Of a stretch of DNA of 64,000 bases, positions 38,512 through 46,554 are shown in pieces; within the stretch, counting starts at the first letter, position 1; each line of letters begins with the position of its first letter. The stretch is taken from assembly GCA_963704905.1 (NCBI GenBank), contig CAVPHZ010000001.1:65547-129546 (forward strand), in the 5' to 3' direction. Both the position numbers and the translations under genes were made by a program. The notes beneath the pieces were generated by a model. That model was given only the letters and a program-made list of their open reading frames with translations, was not told the DNA's origin and did not search any database. This stretch comes from Candidatus Chisholmbacteria bacterium (lineage in GTDB: Bacteria; Patescibacteriota; Microgenomatia; UBA1400; Chisholmbacteraceae).

Positions 38512-39384
38512 CTACGATTCTTCCCGAGAATCTTTGCAGATAATACTAATTTCTTGTCTCACAGATTTCCTATGCTCCTTATTCAATCCAATATTTTTCA
38601 ATGTATTTTGTTTATCATCTAGAATATCCTTACACAACACGAATCCTAGGCTCAGTAAGTGCTTCTTTTGATCTTCTGAGAGTGTTGTTAAGCATGTAAT
38701 TGGATGTAGATTTGCATCTTCGATCAATTCCCTCAGATTACCGACTCGAGGATAGCCCCAGCTCACAATCTGCATTCCAACGCATTTAGCATATTTAATC
38801 GCTTCGGTGGTTGCTTTGGTGTTCGTGACTAGCCAGACATCATGAAATCTGTCTGTACTAACAATATCTTGCTCTCCTTGAATTGCGACATCATCAAACC
38901 TTGCTTTTGTATAGAGAGCAACTTTTACATCTGAACGGGCACCCGGCTGATTGTGAAATTTGCATTCCAGCATGTGGCGTTTTTTGTTTTTCTCAGCAAT
39001 GACATCTATTTCATGTTCAATACAGTTTCCCATTACAATTTGGTTTGCTTTTGTCTCATAGCCATATCGACCTAGAATAGCAGCAATAAATTTTTCAAAA
39101 GGATATCCACTCGGTCCTAGTTGCATAATCGCACGTTTGAGTGTGTACTTTGCGCTTTGATAGGGAGTTTTTGACTTACCGATAAATTCAATGATGTGTT
39201 TGTAAATTTCAGAAGTTGGAATGCCATCGTAGAGAATATCATTAACGTGAATAATGACATCATTTTCAAGTTCATTTGGGATACGTGCTCTACGTATCGA
39301 CCGGCGCAATTTTTTTTCACTAAATTGCTGTCTTGCACCTGAAGCTTTTGTTACTGAAATGCCAGACCCGTAATTTTGTTTCAT
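38512..39384 (-). CDS. ATP-cone domain fused to Mrr-like PD-(D/E)xK restriction-endonuclease-fold domain
   Basis: The N-terminal 'ISVTKASGARQQFSEKKLRRSIRRA' is ATP-cone-like. The middle 'GYETKANQIVMGNCIEHEIDVIAEKNKKRHMLECKF' is an Mrr_cat-like E-D...E-x-K core. Confidence 0.55.
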   Translation of the reverse strand: MKQNYGSGISVTKASGARQQFSEKKLRRSIRRARIPNELENDVIIHVNDILYDGIPTSEIYKHIIEFIGKSKTPYQSAKYTLKRAIMQLGPSGYPFEKFIAAILGRYGYETKANQIVMGNCIEHEIDVIAEKNKKRHMLECKFHNQPGARSDVKVALYTKARFDDVAIQGEQDIVSTDRFHDVWLVTNTKATTEAIKYAKCVGMQIVSWGYPRVGNLRELIEDANLHPITCLTTLSEDQKKHLLSLGFVLCKDILDDKQNTLKNIGLNKEHRKSVRQEISIICKDSREES

Positions 39385-39409
39385 GATTGTGTATTTCCAG
39401 ATAAGTTTA

Positions 39410-41500
39410 TCAAACTTTAAGTTTTTCTTTACGAAGCGTCATCGCATTGAAAACGACAATTACCGAAGACATGCTCATGAGAATTGCACCAATTGCTGGA
39501 GTGAGTCGAAATCCCAATGGTATAAATAGCCCTGCTGCAGCAGGAATAGCTATGACGTTATATCCTAAAGCCCAGATAAGATTTTGGACCATCTTCCGAT
39601 ATGCCTTTTTGCTGAGCATTATTAATCGCTGGATATCGAGTGGATTATTTCGAGTCAAGACAACATCTCCTGCTTCGACTGCAATATCTGTTCCAGCTCC
39701 AATTGCGACTCCTACATCTGCCTGTGTTAAGGCCGGGGCATCATTTACACCATCTCCGACCATCATCACTTGGTACCCTTCATCCTGAAGGGTTTTTATA
39801 TGCTCATATTTTTTTTCTGGTATCACCTGAGAGAAATATGTTTCAATTTTTAATTTTGTTGCCACGCCCTTTGCTACCAGCTCATTGTCCCCAGTCAACA
39901 TTGCTGTTTTTACATCCATATTATTTAGATTTATAATTGTTTCAAACGCCTCTGGTTTAATCTCATCTTCAAGTGCTATAAGGCCTATCACGCTTTCATT
40001 ATTGGCTACTAATATTACTGTTTTTCCTTCTGCAGACATTTCATCGTATAATTTTTCAGTTTCTCGATCGAGTTTGCCTTTTTCTTGTATCAATGACTTG
40101 TTTCCGATAAAGAATATTACCTTATTCATTTCTCCAAATATGCCCTTTCCTGCTACTGTTTTCATGCTGTCTATCTGTTTTAGATTCACTCCTTGAACAA
40201 TGGCATAGTCTACGATAGACCTACCAATTACGTGCGTCGAATGGGCTTCTAAGGAGGCGGCTATTTGAATTAAATTAATCTGATGTGAAGTGAGTTTCTG
40301 CGATGGTATGTTTGTCGTTTCAGAAAATGATATGACATCAGTTACACCAAGTTTTCCCCTAGTCAACGTACCCGTCTTGTCAAAAACAACGTAGTCGATG
40401 TCTTTGATAATCTCAAGTTTGGATAAATCCTTCAGAAAAACTCCATTTTTTACCGCCAAACTTGTGGCGATTGTAGATACCGTTGGAATTGCTAGACCAA
40501 GTGCATGTGGGCAAGCAATAACTAAGACGCTTATTCCGAGGGTAATAGCGAATACGAATGTTTGCCCAATGATAAGCGACCAGATGAGTAGTGTGAAAAT
40601 TGAAACTGTTATTGCTGTAAATGTTAATATGCGTGCCGCTCTATCAGCAATGCGTTGGGTAGCCGGTTTTGATTCCTGCGCTTCGCTGATCAATTTCTCT
40701 ATCTGTGCAATAGTTGAGTTTTCTCCAACTTTATCGAGTTGTGCTTCAACAGATCCATCATCACAAATTGATCCTGCAACGATCTTTTCACCTTTCGATT
40801 TTCTTATAGGTATTGATTCTCCTGTGATATGCGCTTCGTTGAAATGCGCTTCCCCTTTGACGATAATTCCGTCAGCTGGTACCTTTTCACCTGGTTTTAT
40901 AAGTACATGATCACCTTTCTTCAACGTTACTACATTGACATCAATCATTTTCCCGTTTATCAAAAGATGAGCATGACTCGGAAGTAGTTTGGCGACTTCC
41001 TGTAAAGCGCTACCTGCAGCAGAGCTTGAGCGAGCTTCTAGGAAATGGCCAAATAAAAGAATCCAAATTAAAGTCGTTATTTCTAGGTAAAACTCCTCTT
41101 TTATGGCTGGAATAAATGTTGAAGAAGCTGAGAAAAGATAACCCGCTCCTATTGCGAGTGAGACAAGCGTCATCATGCCAAAATTTTGAGTTTTTATTTC
41201 ATGAAATGCATGTTTAAAAAATATTAGAGAAAAATAAAATATTCCAGATGCAATGAAGAATTCTATTAATCCTCGAGCAGGAAAGTCTGGGATGCTCAGC
41301 AGAGTTATTCCGAATTTACTAAATATAGCTAGAGGTATGAGTAGAACGGTGACGATATAGAAACGACGAAGGAAATCTTTTGCAGACTCAGGTCCTAATC
41401 GACCAAGGTTGTGCTGTTTATGATCACTCGTAATATGTTCATGTTCCTGTTGATGTTTACCTCCGCCTACCAGATGATTATTTTCACTTGAGTGTTCCAT
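39410..41500 (-). CDS. copB: Heavy-metal P1B-type ATPase, CopB-like (CPH motif, His-rich N-terminus)
   Basis: 'DKTGTLT', 'MVGDGVNDAPAL' and the TM6 'CPH' motif, with a His-rich N-terminus 'HQQEHEHITSDHKQHN'. Confidence 0.8.
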   Translation of the reverse strand: MEHSSENNHLVGGGKHQQEHEHITSDHKQHNLGRLGPESAKDFLRRFYIVTVLLIPLAIFSKFGITLLSIPDFPARGLIEFFIASGIFYFSLIFFKHAFHEIKTQNFGMMTLVSLAIGAGYLFSASSTFIPAIKEEFYLEITTLIWILLFGHFLEARSSSAAGSALQEVAKLLPSHAHLLINGKMIDVNVVTLKKGDHVLIKPGEKVPADGIIVKGEAHFNEAHITGESIPIRKSKGEKIVAGSICDDGSVEAQLDKVGENSTIAQIEKLISEAQESKPATQRIADRAARILTFTAITVSIFTLLIWSLIIGQTFVFAITLGISVLVIACPHALGLAIPTVSTIATSLAVKNGVFLKDLSKLEIIKDIDYVVFDKTGTLTRGKLGVTDVISFSETTNIPSQKLTSHQINLIQIAASLEAHSTHVIGRSIVDYAIVQGVNLKQIDSMKTVAGKGIFGEMNKVIFFIGNKSLIQEKGKLDRETEKLYDEMSAEGKTVILVANNESVIGLIALEDEIKPEAFETIINLNNMDVKTAMLTGDNELVAKGVATKLKIETYFSQVIPEKKYEHIKTLQDEGYQVMMVGDGVNDAPALTQADVGVAIGAGTDIAVEAGDVVLTRNNPLDIQRLIMLSKKAYRKMVQNLIWALGYNVIAIPAAAGLFIPLGFRLTPAIGAILMSMSSVIVVFNAMTLRKEKLKV

Positions 41501-41566
41501 AACTTCCTAGGAAATTTCACTGAACCTACTGTAAAGTGTACCAAATTGTTTATAATACCATTGGTT

Positions 41567-41899
41567 ATGGATCTGACGAAAAAACATTGTAAACCGTGTG
41601 AGGGTGGAGTTACTCCATATCATAAACAGAATGCTCAAGCGTACCTCAAGAATCTTGATGGATGGTCGATTAGCAGAGACAATAAAAATATCTTTAAAGA
41701 ATTGACTTTTCCAAATTTCGTTGAGGTGATTACATTTGTTCATAGGGTAGCTAATCTTGCGGAGGAAGAAGGTCACCATCCGGATATGAATATTCATAGC
41801 TACAAAAAACTAATAATCACACTCTCAACACATGCGATCGGTGGTCTTTCGGAAAATGATTTTATTTTGGCTGCAAAAATTGATGCTCTTGAGAGGTAA
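41567..41899 (+). CDS. Pterin-4a-carbinolamine dehydratase (PCD/DCoH)
   Basis: The hallmark 'EEGHHPD' is present within 'FVHRVANLAEEEGHHPDMNIHSYKKLIITLSTH'. Confidence 0.8.
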   Translation: MDLTKKHCKPCEGGVTPYHKQNAQAYLKNLDGWSISRDNKNIFKELTFPNFVEVITFVHRVANLAEEEGHHPDMNIHSYKKLIITLSTHAIGGLSENDFILAAKIDALER

Positions 41900-41901
41900 G
41901 C

Positions 41902-42924
41902 TTATTTCGAAATCTTCTCCATTAAGTGTAGTGTTTCTGTCTTCTTATTTTCTGTTACCGGTACAATAACTACTCCGTGTTCGAAATGTCCATATATTAC
42001 AACTGCATTAAGCGGGGCAGCTAATATACACGGTAACACAGCCAAATCTTCCTCTCCAATAACCTCTATTACCACTGGGCTATTATGTATCTGTTCAAGC
42101 AATAGAATTGAAAGATCTGATGTAATTGTTCCCGCAGGGTTTATTACTTTGTTATGTTGAATATTATTTGGCCACCGATATTCCGAAATATCCTTATATT
42201 TTCGTTTCCTTCTTACATGAAGGTCCACAATTGATACATCTGGCAATGTTCCTATCGCTAATAATGAACTCGTAACATCATCTCCAACACTTACAATAGG
42301 CGATAATTTCTCAGTTCTAACGAAATTCATTACTTTATGAATAACTTCATTAGAATCCTTTACGTCACCGAGAATAATTTTCCCGTATGGCTCTCTAAAC
42401 GTAGCACGATGCTTTCGAGATATAGTAATAGGAGCAGCATTTAAGAGTTTGGTTGAGTAATGCTCTCCTTCTCTGGAGATATAACCTTGTCGGATCCTGG
42501 TTGAAGAGATTGGCTTTCCGTCTTCAGCTAAAGTTAGTTCGCAGTTGAAAAGTTTGAGAGGTCTTAAATTCAATTCTCTTCGCTGTTGATTAATCCTTTT
42601 TCCTCCGACTCTCGTATTTTCGGTAACGAGTAGAGCTTCTAAAAACCTATCGTGAGTGGTTGGACCATATGGATCTGATAAGGTGATTATCTCTGAGTTC
42701 TTTTCTGTTTGTGTCTGATGTAAATAGCTTTTTACGCTTTCCCTTCTTTGTTTATATGGTTGAAGTAATTCATTATAATGCACTTTTCGTGCATACGATT
42801 CATCGGTAACACCGATTGTTACTTTTTTTGAAATTGAAAATGCATTATTTAGAAAGTGGCGATGTCCTTTATGAAACCTGTCAAATGTTCCACCTAAGGC
42901 GAGGTGTTTAATTTTCTTTCCCAT
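41902..42924 (-). CDS. Fusion of archaeal-type phosphopantetheine adenylyltransferase (COG1019) and DUF359 GTP-dependent dephospho-CoA kinase (COG1909)
   Basis: The N-terminal half has 'LALGGTFDRFHKGHRHFL' (T/HxGH nucleotidyltransferase) and 'DGKPISSTRIRQG'. The C-terminal half has 'VGDDVTSSLL', 'NPAGTITSDL' and 'VIEVIGEEDLAVLPCILAAP...VIYGHFEHGVVIVPV', which is DUF359-like. The alternative start 42966 overlaps gltX. Confidence 0.6.
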   Translation of the reverse strand: MGKKIKHLALGGTFDRFHKGHRHFLNNAFSISKKVTIGVTDESYARKVHYNELLQPYKQRRESVKSYLHQTQTEKNSEIITLSDPYGPTTHDRFLEALLVTENTRVGGKRINQQRRELNLRPLKLFNCELTLAEDGKPISSTRIRQGYISREGEHYSTKLLNAAPITISRKHRATFREPYGKIILGDVKDSNEVIHKVMNFVRTEKLSPIVSVGDDVTSSLLAIGTLPDVSIVDLHVRRKRKYKDISEYRWPNNIQHNKVINPAGTITSDLSILLLEQIHNSPVVIEVIGEEDLAVLPCILAAPLNAVVIYGHFEHGVVIVPVTENKKTETLHLMEKISK

Positions 42925-42940
42925 TGGCTGGGGACTATTT

Positions 42941-44377
42941 TTATTCTTGAAGTGTGGTTGCGGCATGTTTAAGCCTTTTCATTGATTCTTTTTTTCCCAA
43001 TATTTCCAGGCTCTCAAATAATGGAGGACTGATTTCTTTCCCTGTAATTGCGACTCTTAATGTCATAAATACTTTTCTTGTTGACCAGTTATTTGATATG
43101 AGTGATCTTGTTTTTGATTCTAGTTCTATTGTTTTGAAACTCTCATTCTTCACAGACTTTAAAAGCTCATTAGCTTTTATAATAAGTCTCTTCGTTTCAT
43201 TCGCATTGTGCTTGCTCTGTTTAAGAAGATTTTCCGCTGTTGGCTTCGGCGCAGTGAAAAAGAATTCGGAATACTCTTTGAATTCACTTAGCGTGTGAAT
43301 TCTTTCTTTAACGAGTGGTATTATTTTCATCACAATCATTTTTTTTGATTCCTTCGGCAAGAAATCTGTAAGTTCGTTGTATAACTCTCCATTGTTCATG
43401 TTTCTAATATAGCGGCCATTCATCCAGGTAAGCTTTTCAATATCGAATATTGGTTGGGTGGTTTTTATTCTTTTAAGAGAGAATTTACTGACATATTCTT
43501 TGAGTGAAAATATTTCCTTTTCCTCGGGATGAGACCACCCTAATAAAGCTAGATAGTTGACTAAAGCTTTTGGAAGATATCCATGTTCTTTATACCAGGA
43601 AACCGAGACAGGATTTCGACGCTTAGAGAGCTTTGAACGATCTGGATTTCGCAGGAGTGGAGTATGTGCATATATTGGAAGCTTCCACCCAAATGCTTTG
43701 TAGATTAAAATATGCTTCGGAGTTGAAGAAATCCACTCCTCTGCACGAATAACATGTGATATTTTCATCAAATGATCATCAACTACTACAGCAAGGTGAT
43801 AGGTTGGATAACCATCTGACTTGAGAATTATCTGGTCGTCTATTGTAATATTTTCAAAGCTGATTTCTCCTCTAATGACATCATTCCAGCTTGTATTTCC
43901 TGACTTTGGTATATTGAATCGGATAACATGTTTTTCCTTTTTTGACCTATCTTGAGCTATTTTTTTGTCGATATGCTTACATTTTCCATCGTACATTGAA
44001 AGTTTTCCGGCTTTTTGTTGTGCTTTTCGCATTGCAGATAATCTCTCAGAGGAGCAAAAGCAATAATATGCAAATTGATTATGAACTAATTCTTCAGCAA
44101 ATTTTCTATACAGCTCCAGTCGTTTCGATTGTGTATATGGAGCGTATTTCCCGCCGATATCAGGTCCTTCGTCGTACTTAATTCCGAGCCATTGAAGCGA
44201 CTTATATATAATAGTTTCAGCACCAGGGACGTATCGATCACGGTCTGTATCTTCGATACGCAGTACAAATTTTCCTTTATTATTTTTTGAAAATACGTAG
44301 TTGATTAGCGCTGTATACATGTTTCCAACATGCGCAATACCGGTTGGGCTTGGTGCGATTCGAGTTCTGACTTTCAT
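42941..44377 (-). CDS. gltX: Glutamate--tRNA ligase
   Basis: 'RIAPSPTGIAHVGNMYTAL' is a HIGH-like motif. 'VLRIEDTD' is present. The KMSKS equivalent is 'KLSKR'. Confidence 0.9.
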   Translation of the reverse strand: MKVRTRIAPSPTGIAHVGNMYTALINYVFSKNNKGKFVLRIEDTDRDRYVPGAETIIYKSLQWLGIKYDEGPDIGGKYAPYTQSKRLELYRKFAEELVHNQFAYYCFCSSERLSAMRKAQQKAGKLSMYDGKCKHIDKKIAQDRSKKEKHVIRFNIPKSGNTSWNDVIRGEISFENITIDDQIILKSDGYPTYHLAVVVDDHLMKISHVIRAEEWISSTPKHILIYKAFGWKLPIYAHTPLLRNPDRSKLSKRRNPVSVSWYKEHGYLPKALVNYLALLGWSHPEEKEIFSLKEYVSKFSLKRIKTTQPIFDIEKLTWMNGRYIRNMNNGELYNELTDFLPKESKKMIVMKIIPLVKERIHTLSEFKEYSEFFFTAPKPTAENLLKQSKHNANETKRLIIKANELLKSVKNESFKTIELESKTRSLISNNWSTRKVFMTLRVAITGKEISPPLFESLEILGKKESMKRLKHAATTLQE

Positions 44378-44429
44378 ATCACCGGTTGCATTTTATCAGA
44401 GGTAGTCGTTATACTCAAAGGAGTAATCT

Positions 44430-45494
44430 ATGGCCACACTCACAGAAACTGCCCACATCACAAGACAGCTCATTAAATATGGCTCGATTTCACTTGTTGT
44501 AATTCTTTTTCTCCGTTTAGGTTTTGCAGCGTTTTTCCGGTGGTGGGATCTTTCCCATCCACCTCCTCCTCCGCCGGCAACTGTTACTTTTGGAAAGCTC
44601 CCTGCAATCCCTTTTCCTGAACAAAATCAAAAAACGTTTCATTTTGAGCTGCAAACCATATCTGGAGATACTGGTGAATTTAATTTACTTGGTAATGTGT
44701 ATTTTATGCCAAAGAAGACTGCTAGCCTCCTAGCTCTTGATAGAGCCACGGGACTCGCGAGAAAATTAGATTTTATCTTCGAGCCAGTAAAGATATCTGA
44801 AACAGCATATGAGTGGACTAAAGATGAACCGTTTCCTTCAACATTGCGCATAGAGACTCTGACAGATCAGTTTACATATGAAACTAATTGGCAAGTGCGA
44901 CCTGACTTATTGACTACTGCTCGAGCTCCCTCAGAAGCCGAGGCAATCAGTATTGTACGAAGCTGGTTATCGGGCATTGGAAAATTACCATCTGATCTTG
45001 CTTCAGGAGAAGCCGAAGTATCGTATTTAAAATTAGTTGGAACCGAAATTGTCCCTGCTTTATCTCAATCTGAAGCACAATTGATTCGCGTTGATCTTTT
45101 TCGTGCACCTATTGAAGAGAAGATTGTCAGACCCTTAAATCCAGATAAAGGAATTGTTAGAGTGATGTATATCCCAAGCCGCTCACGTTCGCAAAATGAA
45201 CTAACGGTAATTGATGCTCAATACAACTATCATCCTGTTGAGTATGAACAGAGTGCGACTTATCCACTAATTAGTTCTCGAGAGGCTTGGAAAATACTTC
45301 AAGAAGGTGAAGGCTACTTTGCTCAATTTCCAAACAATGTCGATAGCATTATTATTCGCAGTATACGCCTTGGATATTTTGACCCACCTGAACCTGGATT
45401 CTTCCTTCAACCGGTGTTTATTTTTGAAGGTGATCCGGATTTTATCGGATATACCTCTGCCATTATTGATGAGTGGATATCAAAACCCGAATGA
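44430..45494 (+). CDS. Hypothetical signal-anchored protein with poly-Pro tract and about 290-aa extracytoplasmic domain
   Basis: TM segment 'ISLVVILFLRLGFAAFF', then 'HPPPPPPATV'. No recognisable family. Confidence 0.4.
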   Translation: MATLTETAHITRQLIKYGSISLVVILFLRLGFAAFFRWWDLSHPPPPPPATVTFGKLPAIPFPEQNQKTFHFELQTISGDTGEFNLLGNVYFMPKKTASLLALDRATGLARKLDFIFEPVKISETAYEWTKDEPFPSTLRIETLTDQFTYETNWQVRPDLLTTARAPSEAEAISIVRSWLSGIGKLPSDLASGEAEVSYLKLVGTEIVPALSQSEAQLIRVDLFRAPIEEKIVRPLNPDKGIVRVMYIPSRSRSQNELTVIDAQYNYHPVEYEQSATYPLISSREAWKILQEGEGYFAQFPNNVDSIIIRSIRLGYFDPPEPGFFLQPVFIFEGDPDFIGYTSAIIDEWISKPE

Positions 45495-45502
45495 AATATG
45501 CA

Positions 45503-46546
45503 TTATATTGGACCAGGTTCTACCCAATCATGAGCTCTGTATGCCCATTCAATAAGCGATTTTGATTCGCCGAAACGATCGCTACTTCGAAGTAATACCG
45601 TGATGATCTCTTTATTATCCCGGATTGTACTTGTTACTAAACACTCTCCTGCTTGTTCTGTCCAGCCTGTCTTTATGCCCCGAACACCCTCAACAGGTCC
45701 CAGTAAATCATTTATATTTCTAAGCGGATGTGTAATTTTTTGATCAACATCCGTGATGAGTTGGTTCTGCGTCGATACGATCTTTTCAAATATTGGATTC
45801 TGCATTGCGACTTTTGCAAGTTTCGCCAAGTCTGAAACTGTTGTAAAGTGGCCTATCTGATCAATACCTGAGACATTTTGAAAGTGCGTATTGTACATGT
45901 GATACTTTGTTGCCAACTGGTTCATTTCTTGAATATAAGCGTTGTATCCCCCATCAAAATTTTCGGCAAGTGCATATGCTGCATCGTTTCCTGAGTGGAG
46001 GAGCAAACCATAGAGTAAGTCCTCGACTGTAATCCTTTCTCCTTTTACGAGATCCATCGTTTGACCGACGCTTCTATCCGCAAGTTTTACGGTTATAACC
46101 TTGTCGAGAGAGTAATGTTTCAGCGCAACTAGGGCGGTCATGATTTTGGTCGTTGATGCTGGAAGAAGTGGTTCGTTAGGATTTTTTTCGTACATCACTA
46201 CACCCGACTTCACATCCATAACAATTGCTGACTTGGCAGTAAGTTCGGGAACATCAATATCAACATTTTGAACTGGATATGGAGCTGGGTCAGGAAGTTT
46301 AGTTGAAACATTGCGAAGATAGGGAGGTTGTGGTTTGATTTGTAATTGAAAATACGGATTATCTCCAGGAAGAAGTAGAAAAGTCAGGCCCAAGCAAATA
46401 AAAGCAGGATTTTTTTGGAGTGAAAAAGCAACGGTAACAAAACTTTTGATATCTTTCTTCCATTGTTGAACTTTTTTCTTCTTTTTTATATTTTTTTGAA
46501 GGTCGCGAAGGTTTCTACGAAGCTGTTTGAGACTTATTGCTTTCAT
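45503..46546 (-). CDS. D-alanyl-D-alanine carboxypeptidase (peptidase S11, PBP5/6-like)
   Basis: SxxK 'ASTTKIM', SxN 'HSGND' and KTG 'IKTGWT'. The N-terminus is Lys-rich and there is a TM anchor. Confidence 0.8.
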   Translation of the reverse strand: MKAISLKQLRRNLRDLQKNIKKKKKVQQWKKDIKSFVTVAFSLQKNPAFICLGLTFLLLPGDNPYFQLQIKPQPPYLRNVSTKLPDPAPYPVQNVDIDVPELTAKSAIVMDVKSGVVMYEKNPNEPLLPASTTKIMTALVALKHYSLDKVITVKLADRSVGQTMDLVKGERITVEDLLYGLLLHSGNDAAYALAENFDGGYNAYIQEMNQLATKYHMYNTHFQNVSGIDQIGHFTTVSDLAKLAKVAMQNPIFEKIVSTQNQLITDVDQKITHPLRNINDLLGPVEGVRGIKTGWTEQAGECLVTSTIRDNKEIITVLLRSSDRFGESKSLIEWAYRAHDWVEPGPI

Positions 46547-46554
46547 TCGTGAAA

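Noticed and set aside
43942-44268. Small ORFs 43942-44181 (+) and 44086-44268 (-) within gltX
   Set aside because: They are inside or antisense to a confidently identified aminoacyl-tRNA synthetase gene.
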